Shown here one piece after another: positions 1-10,071 of a DNA stretch of 64,000 bases. Source of the stretch: an uncultured Gammaproteobacteria bacterium (GTDB lineage: Bacteria > Patescibacteriota > Microgenomatia > CAZETR01 > Amesbacteraceae); NCBI GenBank assembly GCA_964518565.1, contig CAZFGX010000001.1:267046-331045 (forward strand). The letters are read 5' to 3'. The first letter of the stretch is position 1, and every line of letters begins with the position of its first letter. A program made the position numbers and the translations under genes. The notes below the pieces were generated by a model. The model was not told where the DNA came from. It worked only from the letters and a program-made list of their open reading frames with translations, and searched no databases.

Positions 1-605
1 TCGTTGTGGTTGGTTATAAGCGAAATCGAGGTAAGGGTAGTGCGGTCAGGTTTGGTATGTCAAAAGCGAATGGCTCAATTATTGCTTCCGTAGATGCTGG
101 TGATGATTTAAGTCCGGAAGGTTTGGATATGATGCTCGCCCACTTTTACTGGTATAAAGCAGACATCGTTGTTGGATCAAAACGCCACTCAGCATCAAAA
201 GTTACTTATCCTTGGCAAAGGCGAATAATGTCATTTGGATATCAATGGATAGTTCGGATTCTATTTGGTTTAAAAGTAAGAGATACACAAGTGGGTATGA
301 AAATTTACAAGAAGCAAGTGTTAGATGCTTTATTACCTAGACTATTAGTAAAACAGTATGCATTTGATATTGAAATGCTATCCGTCGCAAACTACCTAGG
401 ATTTAGTCGTATATATGAAGCACCAATAGAATTAAGACTAGATTTTAATAAATCTTCTTCGATAGTCTCGAAAGGATTTTTAAGAACGATTAGTAAAATG
501 CTAAAAGATACTTGCGCTGTATTTTATAGACTTAAAATTACCAAATATTATGACGAAAACAATATGATCAACTGGCACACTGATGTATATCCAGATGAGA
601 TATAA
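1..605 (+). CDS. GT2 family glycosyltransferase (dolichol-phosphate-mannose synthase-like), C-terminal part. The 5' end lies upstream of the window.
   Basis: The ORF runs into the left edge of the window. The DAGDD acidic motif and the downstream Q..V...K.Y pattern are typical of DPM1/ArnC-like GT2 enzymes. Confidence 0.65.
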   Translation, partial: VVVGYKRNRGKGSAVRFGMSKANGSIIASVDAGDDLSPEGLDMMLAHFYWYKADIVVGSKRHSASKVTYPWQRRIMSFGYQWIVRILFGLKVRDTQVGMKIYKKQVLDALLPRLLVKQYAFDIEMLSVANYLGFSRIYEAPIELRLDFNKSSSIVSKGFLRTISKMLKDTCAVFYRLKITKYYDENNMINWHTDVYPDEI

Positions 606-2451
606 AGCGGTTGTTATTTCAATATTTATTATTCTCTTAATAAGAGGATTAGGGAATGTAAGCGCAAATGATGAATACGTATCTATTGTAAATCCAGTAA
701 GAATAGCTCCATATACTAAAAACGTTGAAAACAACATTAAAGCTCAGTATTCAATTCTTAATCGTCTATCGCTGTCAGGAACCTGGCTTGTGACCTACGA
801 TGTTCTATTATCAAAATCAGCCGTATTAGAGTTAAAAAAAATTTCCAAAAATCAAGAATTGGGAATTTTTTTAGAGATTACACCTAAGCTTGCTGCTGAC
901 GCAAATATAAATTATCACAATTTAGGGTCTTGGCATTTTTCAAATAGCATCTTTTTGTCAGGCTATTCGCAGAAAGACAGACAAGAATATGTCGATCTAA
1001 TTTTTAAAGAATTTAAAAGTAAATTTGGTTATTACCCTAAATCAATTGGCTCATGGTGGACGGATTCGTTTTCCCTTGCATATATTAAACAAAAATATCC
1101 AAGTGTAATCGCAAATCTTGTGTGCTCAGATCAGCAGGATACAGATAATTACACAATAAGAGGTCAATATTGGTCAACCCCGTATTATCCTAGTAAATGG
1201 CATGCAGCAACTCCCGCTCAAACATTAGAAAACAAGTTAGACATTGTAAATATACAATGGGCATCCAGAGATCCTGGACATGGATTTGAAAACAGCCGAT
1301 ATAGTACTCAAGACTATTTTACAATAGACAAACTTTCTCAAAACTATTTTGAATATCTAGTTCAAACTTATACACAAAAAAAACAAAATCCATTTAGTCA
1401 TATAGTAGTTGGATTAGAGTCAGATTTTTCACCCGAGGTATACAGTAATCAATTTAAGAAACAAATGGAATATGTATCAAAAATAAAATCCAAAGACAAT
1501 ATAAAAGTAATTACTATGTCTGAATTTTCAAGTTGGTACAGAAAAAAGTTTCCAGATTTATCACCAAAACATGATATTTCGGCCTTAAACTATTTCGACT
1601 CAAAAGAAATACTTCACTGGGTAAACACAAAATACTATCGAGTTGGATATGTTATAAAAAATAGACAAATAAGTATTAGAAGTCTAATTGCATATTCTGA
1701 GAAAAACAGAGAACCATACTTCAGCTCCATTAATACAAATAAAAATCTCGATATCTATATTCCTTCAATAGTAGATGAAGTAAGAAACAAAGAAGAAAAA
1801 TGGACTCTTCCTATTGGTGCTGTATTATTTACCGGAGAAAGTGAAATTGCGATAGCGAATATTTCTGAAAAAGACATACCGAAAGCAATAAGCAATAATA
1901 ATCAAATAAAAATACAAAAGATTTCTACAGGATTTAAAATAGACTTTACTGGTAAATCAATTTATTCAGGAAACGGAAAAATAATTTCTGGGCTCTCAAG
2001 CGAGTCGAAACACTTCTTAAATCAGAAAAAGGCAATATTATTACTTTTAAATCCATCAAATTGGAAAATGTTAAATACGAAGGAATTTGTTGTATCCCAG
2101 GGTGAGATAGAAGCTCTCGAGTATTTAAAAAATAAGCAAAGAGGAAGAATTTTAGTTGAAAATAATGAATGTCTACAATGCGGTTGGTCAACTGGAATTC
2201 AACCTGCTGTTTTTGCAAACAACCGAGGATATATAAATGAAATCACGCATATGAAAGTAATAAAGGACAAAAAAATATTTGATTCAATAAATAGACAAGA
2301 GGCTAAAAAAGAATTAGAAACATTACAAATTAAATATATTTACTTAATTAAAACTGAAAATTATATTGAATCGCTTCCGTTTTCACCTGGAGATTTAGGT
2401 GTACGAAAAATATTTGAAAATGCAAATGCACAGATTTGGGAAAAAGAGTAA
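583..2451 (+). CDS. Hypothetical membrane-anchored or secreted protein with a large extracytoplasmic domain. Function unknown.
   Basis: 622-aa ORF with an N-terminal hydrophobic segment (VVISIFIILLIRGLG), followed by a long hydrophilic Trp/Tyr-rich domain. Its start overlaps the upstream GT2 gene. I recognise no family motif. Confidence 0.45.
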   Translation: MYIQMRYKAVVISIFIILLIRGLGNVSANDEYVSIVNPVRIAPYTKNVENNIKAQYSILNRLSLSGTWLVTYDVLLSKSAVLELKKISKNQELGIFLEITPKLAADANINYHNLGSWHFSNSIFLSGYSQKDRQEYVDLIFKEFKSKFGYYPKSIGSWWTDSFSLAYIKQKYPSVIANLVCSDQQDTDNYTIRGQYWSTPYYPSKWHAATPAQTLENKLDIVNIQWASRDPGHGFENSRYSTQDYFTIDKLSQNYFEYLVQTYTQKKQNPFSHIVVGLESDFSPEVYSNQFKKQMEYVSKIKSKDNIKVITMSEFSSWYRKKFPDLSPKHDISALNYFDSKEILHWVNTKYYRVGYVIKNRQISIRSLIAYSEKNREPYFSSINTNKNLDIYIPSIVDEVRNKEEKWTLPIGAVLFTGESEIAIANISEKDIPKAISNNNQIKIQKISTGFKIDFTGKSIYSGNGKIISGLSSESKHFLNQKKAILLLLNPSNWKMLNTKEFVVSQGEIEALEYLKNKQRGRILVENNECLQCGWSTGIQPAVFANNRGYINEITHMKVIKDKKIFDSINRQEAKKELETLQIKYIYLIKTENYIESLPFSPGDLGVRKIFENANAQIWEKE

Positions 2452-2461
2452 ACTCTTATTT

Positions 2462-3241
2462 ATGAAAAAAATTGCATTAATTACAGGATATTCATCAGAT
2501 ATTGGTCAAGAAGTTGCTGAGCTTTTATCTCAAAAAATTAAGGTCATTGCAACCAGTAGGAAAAAATTAATATGTAAAGAAAAACATAATATAGAAATAA
2601 TTAAATTAGATATAACGAATGAAATAAGTTGCAATAATTTAAAAAAATTTTTAAAAAAAAATAATTATCAAATTGATATATTAATTAACATAGTTGGTCA
2701 CTCAATTAGTGGTCCTTGTGATTTTTACGACTCAAAAACATTCAACAATCTTTTTAATGTTAATGTGTTAGGTGCATTTAGATTAATGCAGTTAGCTATT
2801 CCTGATATGAAATTAAACAATTCAGGCAGAATAATAAATATTGCCTCAATGAATTCATATTTTTTTAATCCTTATTACTCTATATACTGCGCAACTAAAG
2901 CAGCATTGTTAGCATATAGTTACGCCACAAGTGTAGAATTGCAAAAATTTAACATTCATATAACTACAATTCTCCCTGGTGCGTTGAGTTCGAATAAAAA
3001 TAATAAATCCACCATGACTCACAAATCAGCCCGTGAATCATTTTTTTTACTTAAATGGTTTTTACCACTGACTAATCCAAAAAAAATTGCCGAGAAAATT
3101 TTAGAATCTATTATGTCCAGCAAAATAAATCCAATAATAATTGTTGGTAGAGATGCCAAACTGGTATATTTATTGCAACGAATATTGCCAAACAAGATTT
3201 GGTTTAATATCCAAAAAACAATATGGTCTTCTCAAAAATAA
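2462..3241 (+). CDS. Short-chain dehydrogenase/reductase (SDR) family oxidoreductase.
   Basis: N-terminal Rossmann motif ITGYSSDIGQ and catalytic YxxxK motif (YCATKAAL). I moved the start to the internal ATG at 2462 (MKKIALITG), which sits after a gap from the upstream gene. The ORF track starts at 2399. Confidence 0.75.
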   Translation: MKKIALITGYSSDIGQEVAELLSQKIKVIATSRKKLICKEKHNIEIIKLDITNEISCNNLKKFLKKNNYQIDILINIVGHSISGPCDFYDSKTFNNLFNVNVLGAFRLMQLAIPDMKLNNSGRIINIASMNSYFFNPYYSIYCATKAALLAYSYATSVELQKFNIHITTILPGALSSNKNNKSTMTHKSARESFFLLKWFLPLTNPKKIAEKILESIMSSKINPIIIVGRDAKLVYLLQRILPNKIWFNIQKTIWSSQK

Positions 3242-4251
3242 ATCTTCCTACTATATCAGTTGTTATTCCTACATATGACGGTTCACTTGAAACGCTTGAA
3301 GATTGTCTTAAACGTCTACGACAGCAAGATTATCCTCAATCTAAAATCGAAGTAATCTTCGGCCATGGCGGCAAAAAACAAACAATTGAACCTATTGCAA
3401 AAAAATTTAATGCTAAATTTAAATTAATACCCCCAGCAATCCAAAATGCTGAATATAACCGTGGTGTAGCGTTTAATCAAGCCACTAAAGACTTAGTACT
3501 AATATTAGACCATGATAATCTTATGCCCACAAACAACTATTTAAATGAAATTGTTGAGCCTTTTTTAGAAATAAATGATTTGGTAGCAGTTGAAAGTTGT
3601 TATTTCCACTATAGTAAGCAATACTCTCCACTAGATAGATACTACGCCTTAATAGGCACTCTCGATCCTATACCATACTATTTGGGCAAGGCAGACAGAC
3701 TCTCTCAGAGTTCAAATAAATGGAACTTATTGGGATCTTCAATTGATAAAGGTAGGTATTATTTAGTTACATTTGAAAAAGATCCCAGAAAAATACCTAC
3801 TGTGGGAACAAACGGCTGTTTGATGAACAGAAAGTTAGTTTGCAAAAATGCAAACGTTACTCCAGAATTTCATTTCCCCATTGATGTAATGGTTGATGTA
3901 ATCGCCTCCGGACATAATAAATTTGCTTTTGTAAAAAACTCATTAATTCATCTTACTGGGTCACGAGGAGTTATTGAGTTTCTTCGTCGCAGATGGAAGT
4001 TTGTACAGAAATATCATTTCGAAGATGCTGGTAGACGTAGATATAGTGTTTTTATGCCTGGAGATGAGTTACAGCTCATAAAGTTTTCCATTTATAGTAT
4101 TACTCTGGTAAAACCATTGTTGGATAGCATAAAAGGATATCTATTAATAAAAGATTATGCCTGGTTTATACACCCAATCATGTGCTTAGGAATTTTTGTT
4201 ATTTATACGACTGGAACAACTAAAAACTTCATAAAAAGATGGATATTTTAA
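3223..4251 (+). CDS. GT2 family glycosyltransferase.
   Basis: ISVVIPTYDGS start, acidic DHD motif, and C-terminal hydrophobic segments. Overlaps the upstream stop codon. Confidence 0.8.
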   Translation: MVFSKINLPTISVVIPTYDGSLETLEDCLKRLRQQDYPQSKIEVIFGHGGKKQTIEPIAKKFNAKFKLIPPAIQNAEYNRGVAFNQATKDLVLILDHDNLMPTNNYLNEIVEPFLEINDLVAVESCYFHYSKQYSPLDRYYALIGTLDPIPYYLGKADRLSQSSNKWNLLGSSIDKGRYYLVTFEKDPRKIPTVGTNGCLMNRKLVCKNANVTPEFHFPIDVMVDVIASGHNKFAFVKNSLIHLTGSRGVIEFLRRRWKFVQKYHFEDAGRRRYSVFMPGDELQLIKFSIYSITLVKPLLDSIKGYLLIKDYAWFIHPIMCLGIFVIYTTGTTKNFIKRWIF

Positions 4252-5351
4252 TTCTAAATTGGAAAGATATTCATCATCCGCAAGTTGGGGGAGCTGAAAT
4301 TATTGTTTACGAGCTGGCTAAAAGACTAGTAAAAGATGGTCACAAAGTAACATGGTTTTGTAGAAATTTTGTGAATGGTCTAAATATCGAGACTATTGAG
4401 GGGATAAATATAGTAAGAAAGGGAAATTTGTTAACTACATATTTATTTGCACCTTTGTATTATTGGTCGTTAAAGAAAAAACCAGATCTAGTAATCGATA
4501 TCTCTAACACGGTATATTGGCAATCTCCTTTGTGGGCATGGAAATCGAAAAAAATCGCCTATTTAAACCAATTAGCAAAAAATGTTTTTTTCTATGAATA
4601 TCCAGTAATTATTTCCAGAATTGGAATTTTATTTGAGAAATTACAATATCTAAGTTACAAAAAAACAAAATTTATTTGTTATGCTGAAAGTGTTAAAAAT
4701 GACTTAATTTCGATTGGGATACAAAGTAAAAATATATCTGTATTTACCCTAGGATTAGATCACGCACGTTATGTACCAGGGAGAAAATCTGAATCTCCCA
4801 TGCTTATTTGTGTAAATAGGCTAGTCAAAATGAAAAGGACCGATCTGGTAATAAAAGCTGTGGCATATTTAATAAAAAAGGTACCCAATCTTAAATTATT
4901 TATTGTTGGAACGGGATATGAACGAAAAAATCTTCAAATTCTTACAAATAAATTATTACTTGAAAAAAATATCTTTTTTGTAGATGAACACACGTGGTTT
5001 TTTAATAATAATCCTAAAGATAAAAAAGTAAATTTAATGCAACAGGCATGGGCATTAATATTTCCATCAGTAAAAGAAGGATGGGGGATGACGGTCACAG
5101 AATGTGCTGCTTGTGGAACACCCGCCATAGTGACAAACGTATCAGGTCTTGTTGATTCAGTAAAAAACAATTACTCAGGATTAGTTCTTTCTGAACATCC
5201 CTCACCTCTAGAATTATCAGAATCAATATACCAACTAATATCAAACAAGAAAAAACGTTTAGAATTATCCAAAAACGCAATCTCTTGGTCAAAAAAATTT
5301 TCCTGGGAAAAGAGTTATTCACAATTCAAAAAAAATATTTTTAACATATGA
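4239..5351 (+). CDS. GT4 (GT-B fold) glycosyltransferase.
   Basis: N-terminal GGAE motif (HPQVGGAEI) and C-terminal EX7E motif (EGWGMTVTECAACGTPAIV). Confidence 0.8.
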   Translation: MDILILNWKDIHHPQVGGAEIIVYELAKRLVKDGHKVTWFCRNFVNGLNIETIEGINIVRKGNLLTTYLFAPLYYWSLKKKPDLVIDISNTVYWQSPLWAWKSKKIAYLNQLAKNVFFYEYPVIISRIGILFEKLQYLSYKKTKFICYAESVKNDLISIGIQSKNISVFTLGLDHARYVPGRKSESPMLICVNRLVKMKRTDLVIKAVAYLIKKVPNLKLFIVGTGYERKNLQILTNKLLLEKNIFFVDEHTWFFNNNPKDKKVNLMQQAWALIFPSVKEGWGMTVTECAACGTPAIVTNVSGLVDSVKNNYSGLVLSEHPSPLELSESIYQLISNKKKRLELSKNAISWSKKFSWEKSYSQFKKNIFNI

Positions 5352-6439
5352 GAGTATTAATTTTGTCTTGGAGAGGTCCAAGCCATCCCCTAGCTGGAGG
5401 AGCTGAACAGGCTACATGGACACATGCAAAATCGTGGACAAAGGCTGGGCATGACATAACAATTTTCACATCTTCATTCCCCAAGTCAAAAGAAACAGAA
5501 TTAATTGATGGTATTAAAATTCTGAGGAAGGGGGATCAGTATTTTGGGGTAAAAATTCAAGCATTCTTTTGGTATCTAAAACACAGATCTTATTTTGACT
5601 TGGTAGTTGATGAGTTTCACGGCATACCCTTTTTCACTCCTTTATATGTAAAAGTAAAAATATTGGCATTTATCCATGAAACTGGCACGCAAGTATGGGC
5701 ACTGAATTTTTGGCCATTCCCCTTAAATCTTTTACCTAAAATTTTTGGCCCATTGGTAGAAAATAGTACTTTTAAGTTTTTATATAGAAATATTCCCTTT
5801 ATGACGGTTTCAAAATCAACAAAATTAGATTTAATGAAATTTAATATTAATAACATTTCTGTAGTACCAAATGGAGTTACTGGTCCCAAAAAAATAAAGA
5901 AATTAACCAAATCAAAAATTTTTACAATTATATACTTATCAGCATTAGCCCAGGATAAGGGAACAGAAGATGCAATTAAAGCTTTTGAACTCATTCATGA
6001 TCAGATACCTACTATTCAATTTTGGATTGTAGGCAAATCAGAGCCTAAATATTTAGAATATTTAAAATCGCTTTCAAAATTACCAAAATATTTTGGTTAT
6101 GTAAGCGAACAGGAAAAATTTAATTTGTTAAGTCAATCAAGTATATTAATTTTTCCGTCGTTTCATGAAGGTTGGGGTTTAGTAAATATTGAAGCGAATA
6201 TATTTGGAGTTCCAGTAGTTGGCTATAACGTTTCAGGTACTAAAGACTCAGTTATAAATAACAAAACAGGAATATTATGCCCTAAGGGTGATGTCAATGG
6301 ATTGGCAAATTCATGCATAGAATTATATAAAGACAAAAAAAAGTACAATTTTCTAGCTAAAAATGCAAAAAAATGGGCAAATAAATTCAATTGGGAAAAC
6401 TCCACTAAAAAAAGTTTATTGCTTATTCAATCACTATAA
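5348..6439 (+). CDS. GT4 glycosyltransferase.
   Basis: HPLAGGAEQ N-terminal motif and FHEGWGLVNIEANIFGVPVV EX7E motif. ATGA overlap with the upstream gene. Confidence 0.8.
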   Translation: MRVLILSWRGPSHPLAGGAEQATWTHAKSWTKAGHDITIFTSSFPKSKETELIDGIKILRKGDQYFGVKIQAFFWYLKHRSYFDLVVDEFHGIPFFTPLYVKVKILAFIHETGTQVWALNFWPFPLNLLPKIFGPLVENSTFKFLYRNIPFMTVSKSTKLDLMKFNINNISVVPNGVTGPKKIKKLTKSKIFTIIYLSALAQDKGTEDAIKAFELIHDQIPTIQFWIVGKSEPKYLEYLKSLSKLPKYFGYVSEQEKFNLLSQSSILIFPSFHEGWGLVNIEANIFGVPVVGYNVSGTKDSVINNKTGILCPKGDVNGLANSCIELYKDKKKYNFLAKNAKKWANKFNWENSTKKSLLLIQSL

Positions 6440-7443
6440 TGTCTTCAAATGAAAGGTTGCAGGAAAATCGCTCTGTTCAAATTATAGAAAAAAAAGTTAA
6501 TCATGATGGCACAATAGAAATCTTGATTAGTCACGATCAAGCAACTTATCAACTTGTTTGGGAGAATTCATATACTGGTCAAGTATTAAATCCTGACTTG
6601 GATATAGAAGATTTTATAAAAGGTAATAAAAATCCAGAAATCAATCGGAACAAACGAAAACTCTTATTTGGTGTAAATGCAAATGGTAGATGTTCGTTCG
6701 AATGTATCGGATGTTCGTTTGCCAATACCCGAATGAGAAATGTGTATAAAACCGAAAATCAAGAAAGCATGAGACTAGCTAAGCCGGTTAGTCCAGATCT
6801 TCAGCTGAAACTTATGGAAAAAGCCGAAGAACTCGTATTGCATTCAAACATGGAAAACAAATTAAATCTCTATGGTTGCGGAGCTCTACTGTCTGGAGAT
6901 AGTGCTACACATCCGCAATTGGAAGAATTAATACTCACTGTTGCAACAAGAACCAATTGTATATCGTCCCGATGGTCTTCAATTGCTCCTGCTTCAACAA
7001 AGAATGTCTTGGCTAGATTTGCTACAGCAAGTGAAATAATAAAACAAAAAAATGTACAGCATACTGCTAGTTTTCAAATATCTTTACATAGTACAGATCC
7101 TTCTGAAAGGGCACGACATGTAGGAACTAATAAATTGATTGATATGGATACGATAAATTATCAGGCAAAAAATATTTATAGTATTTCACAACGTAAACTA
7201 ACGATAGCTTTTGTTACACATAGAAATAGTGTAATTGAACCTGAAGTTATTGCTAGTTATTTTAATCCAGTTCATACAATGATCTCGTTAAGACCTATGA
7301 TAAACACGAGCTGGGAAATGGAAAAAGAGCGTTTTCTACATCTTTACAGATCAATTAGGGAAAAAGGATTTGATGTGGTGTATATACCTGCAAGTCAAAG
7401 TGGGGCAGAATTAGACAATCTTCGGATGGTAAATCCCCAATAA
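6439..7443 (+). CDS. Radical SAM domain protein. Substrate unknown.
   Basis: Canonical CX3CX2C motif CSFECIGC preceded by NGR, and a downstream Gly-rich segment (LYGCGALLSGDS) resembling the GGEP SAM-binding motif. About 75 aa of unique N-terminal extension. TAATG junction with the upstream GT4 gene. Confidence 0.6.
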   Translation: MSSNERLQENRSVQIIEKKVNHDGTIEILISHDQATYQLVWENSYTGQVLNPDLDIEDFIKGNKNPEINRNKRKLLFGVNANGRCSFECIGCSFANTRMRNVYKTENQESMRLAKPVSPDLQLKLMEKAEELVLHSNMENKLNLYGCGALLSGDSATHPQLEELILTVATRTNCISSRWSSIAPASTKNVLARFATASEIIKQKNVQHTASFQISLHSTDPSERARHVGTNKLIDMDTINYQAKNIYSISQRKLTIAFVTHRNSVIEPEVIASYFNPVHTMISLRPMINTSWEMEKERFLHLYRSIREKGFDVVYIPASQSGAELDNLRMVNPQ

Positions 7444-8205
7444 GACTTTTGATGCGGTCCAAATAATATTCCAGTTCGCCTTAATGCCTAAAATTTTTGT
7501 CGGAACAGTCCCGGTAATGGGATAGCTTCTAATAGCAGGTATCTCAATAGTTTTATATCCCAGTTGAGTTGTTCTGACTGTAAGATAAAACAATAGTTCA
7601 TATCTAACAAATACATTTCTAAATAATAAAATATCTTGGTCAAAAAAAATTTGTCTAGAAAAAGCTCTAAAACCATTCGAAGTGTCTGTATACCACTTTC
7701 CTGCAGCTAAACTAAGTATGGGAGACAAAATAAATCGAATCCCAATTAAGCGAGCAAAAGGAGTGTTGACGGCTTTTCCTCCTTTGATAAATCTTGAAGC
7801 TTGTATGTAGTCAAATCCATTCGCTAAGTATGTAATAAATTTTGGAATTGTTTGTGGACTATCTTTACCATTTCCATCCATTGTAATAACACCTTGATAA
7901 TCTTGATCCATTGCATATGCAAACGCCATTCGGAGTTGTGTTCCCAACTTACCATTACTTGTCTTCGTCAAAAGTGTTCTTACTCCACATTTGCGCAGAA
8001 AAGATTTTTGAGTTGATCCATCTGAGCTACCACCGTCAGCAATAATAATGTCAACCAGAGACAAATATGGCTTTAAAGAAGCAAGTTGTTTTTTGAATTT
8101 TTCACCCTCATTAATGATCGGAATAATTAAACAGTATTTCCTTTTTTTCTTAAAAAATTCATGAATTGTAAAACTTGGAAGTTCTCTTGTAAGACGCATA
8201 AGCAA
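7411..8205 (-). CDS. GT2 family glycosyltransferase (DPM1/ArnC-like).
   Basis: IIIADGGSSDGS and VITMDGNGKDSP motifs, typical of polyprenyl-phosphate sugar synthases. Its 3' end overlaps the radical SAM gene convergently by about 30 nt. Confidence 0.8.
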   Translation of the reverse strand: MLMRLTRELPSFTIHEFFKKKRKYCLIIPIINEGEKFKKQLASLKPYLSLVDIIIADGGSSDGSTQKSFLRKCGVRTLLTKTSNGKLGTQLRMAFAYAMDQDYQGVITMDGNGKDSPQTIPKFITYLANGFDYIQASRFIKGGKAVNTPFARLIGIRFILSPILSLAAGKWYTDTSNGFRAFSRQIFFDQDILLFRNVFVRYELLFYLTVRTTQLGYKTIEIPAIRSYPITGTVPTKILGIKANWNIIWTASKVLLGIYHPKIV

Positions 8206-8255
8206 ATTATAATCTATAAAAAACTTTACATATGTTCAAATCGTGATATATAGTA

Positions 8256-9302
8256 ATGTTTATGAAAGTTTTAGTAACAGGCGGATGTGGTTTTGCCGGA
8301 ACGCATATTTGCGAACATTATAAAAAAAATGGCGCTACAGTTTATGCATATGATAATTTAACAAAATTTGAATTACGCCGAACCGGATACTCTACAGAAA
8401 AAGCTCGATTTCACAATGTAGATTACTTAAAACAAATTGGAGTAGAAATAATAAAAGAAGATATTTGTGACAAGCAAACGATTGAGCAATATATCCAAAA
8501 ATCAGATTACGTCATCCATACGGCTGCCCAGCCAGCAATGACCATTTCCTGGGAGGACCCAGAATTAGACTTCAATACAAACGTTGTCGGCACATTCAAT
8601 ATTTTAAATGCAGCTAGAAAGTTCAAAAAACCAACAGTGTCATGTGCCACAGTTCACATTTATGGAAATAAAATAAATGAAGAGGTTGAAGAAGGTGAGA
8701 CTCAATATATTCGAAAACCCGCAGCAATAGATGAAAACCATCAGTTAGTTGAAGGTACACTAACACCGCTCCATGCTTCAAAACATACGTTAGATTTATA
8801 CACTAGAGTATTTATTGACACATACAATTTACCAATTGCCTCGTTTAGACTTACGGGTTTATACGGATCCAGACAATTTGGTGGCGAAGATCATGGATGG
8901 GTGGCAAATTTTGCAATTCGATCCGTTATGGATTACCCATTAACTATTTTTGGGACAGGCAAGCAAGTGAGAGATATTTTACATATATCCGATTTGGTCA
9001 ATGCATTCGATTGCTTTTATAAAAACCAAGTTCCAGGTGTTTACAATATTGGAGGAGGCAAAAAAACTATGATCTCATTGATTGAATGTATTCAACTAAT
9101 CGAAAAAATTCTGGGTAAAAAATCAGAAATTAAATATCAACCATCTCGAATGGGGGATTTAATATATTTCGTCTGTAATACAAAAAAAGCTCAAATAAAT
9201 TTAAATTGGTCACCAAAAATTAATCCAGAAAAAGGTGTAACGGAATTGGTTAATTGGGTTAAAAATAATAAAAACCTGTTTGAAATTTTAGATGCAAAGT
9301 AG
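8256..9302 (+). CDS. NAD-dependent sugar-nucleotide epimerase/dehydratase (extended SDR).
   Basis: VLVTGGCGFAGTH glycine-rich NAD-binding motif. About 348 aa, the size of an extended SDR sugar-nucleotide enzyme. Confidence 0.8.
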   Translation: MFMKVLVTGGCGFAGTHICEHYKKNGATVYAYDNLTKFELRRTGYSTEKARFHNVDYLKQIGVEIIKEDICDKQTIEQYIQKSDYVIHTAAQPAMTISWEDPELDFNTNVVGTFNILNAARKFKKPTVSCATVHIYGNKINEEVEEGETQYIRKPAAIDENHQLVEGTLTPLHASKHTLDLYTRVFIDTYNLPIASFRLTGLYGSRQFGGEDHGWVANFAIRSVMDYPLTIFGTGKQVRDILHISDLVNAFDCFYKNQVPGVYNIGGGKKTMISLIECIQLIEKILGKKSEIKYQPSRMGDLIYFVCNTKKAQINLNWSPKINPEKGVTELVNWVKNNKNLFEILDAK

Positions 9303-10071
9303 GATACGTATTGGTGTAATTCCTGCTGCCGGATCTGGAAAGAGATTGGGATATTTGTCTGGCTTGCTACCAAAAACTCTATTCCCGGTCTATGATCGTC
9401 CAATCATCCACTATGTAGTTGATCAATTGCAATCAATGGGGGTAGAAGACATTTATATTATTGTAAATACATATAAAGAAAAAATAATTGAGTATTTCAA
9501 GCTTATTCAAATGGATCTCAGAGTCAATATCTACTTCATAGAACAAAAAACATTAAATGGTACTGGCGAAGCAATATTACTAGCAGAGAAATATATAAAA
9601 AAGGAACCATTTGTTGTTATGTACGGTGATGACTGTACAGTATCAGATTCACTTACCAGTATGGTAGATTCATTTTTTAAAAATAATCCGGTCGTTATGG
9701 AGGGAGTAGTAAAAGAAGAAGATCTCTCAATTCTTCGGCAAACATGTTCAGTAAAGCTTGGGAAAAATTTTAAAATGATCGAAATTGTCGAGAAGCCTGA
9801 GAATCCTCCATATCTAATGCGTGGATGCGGAGTATACATGTTCAGTTCACAAATTTTTACTGAAATTAGAAATACACCGGTGCACCCAATTAGAAAAGAG
9901 CGGGAAATAACATATACAATTAATCAACTTGCAAAATCAGGGCGAGCTTATGGTTTTGTAATAAATGGCAACAATATTAATATCAACAACTACGATGAAC
10001 TTTTAAAAGCAAGTCAACTTCTAAGGGAAAATAAGGCAAAAGCAAAAAAAGTTATCGAGGTATTATTTTAA
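9292..10071 (+). CDS. Sugar-1-phosphate nucleotidyltransferase (RmlA/GlmU N-terminal-like).
   Basis: GVIPAAGSGKRLG signature of NTP-transferase family enzymes. Overlaps the upstream epimerase stop codon. Confidence 0.75.
   Translation: MQSRIRIGVIPAAGSGKRLGYLSGLLPKTLFPVYDRPIIHYVVDQLQSMGVEDIYIIVNTYKEKIIEYFKLIQMDLRVNIYFIEQKTLNGTGEAILLAEKYIKKEPFVVMYGDDCTVSDSLTSMVDSFFKNNPVVMEGVVKEEDLSILRQTCSVKLGKNFKMIEIVEKPENPPYLMRGCGVYMFSSQIFTEIRNTPVHPIRKEREITYTINQLAKSGRAYGFVINGNNININNYDELLKASQLLRENKAKAKKVIEVLF

Noticed and set aside
501-737. A minus-strand 78-aa ORF, and many other antisense ORFs in the track (for example 1946..2218, 5617..5994, 9531..9839, 17247..17501, 21404..21808, 33418..33899, 48914..49378, 50125..50463, 61705..62001).
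   Set aside because: Each lies entirely inside a well-supported gene on the opposite strand that has clear family motifs. In AT-rich DNA, antisense open frames of this size arise by chance. None shows any recognisable motif.
2560-2700. Frequent A7-A10 homopolymer runs inside coding regions (for example 2631-2660, 16316-16345, 18520-18535, 47768-47781).
   Set aside because: They encode Lys-rich stretches in frame and are expected in a roughly 33% GC genome. None coincides with a frame break. The one frameshift found (47798-47800) is not at a homopolymer.
10052-10071. Convergent gene overlaps at 7411-7443, 10052-10071 and 16860-16869 without terminator hairpins.
   Set aside because: I looked for stem-loops between the convergent genes and found none. 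The overlaps are short and seem to be genuine compact gene ends rather than mis-called starts. They are noted only as genome compaction.
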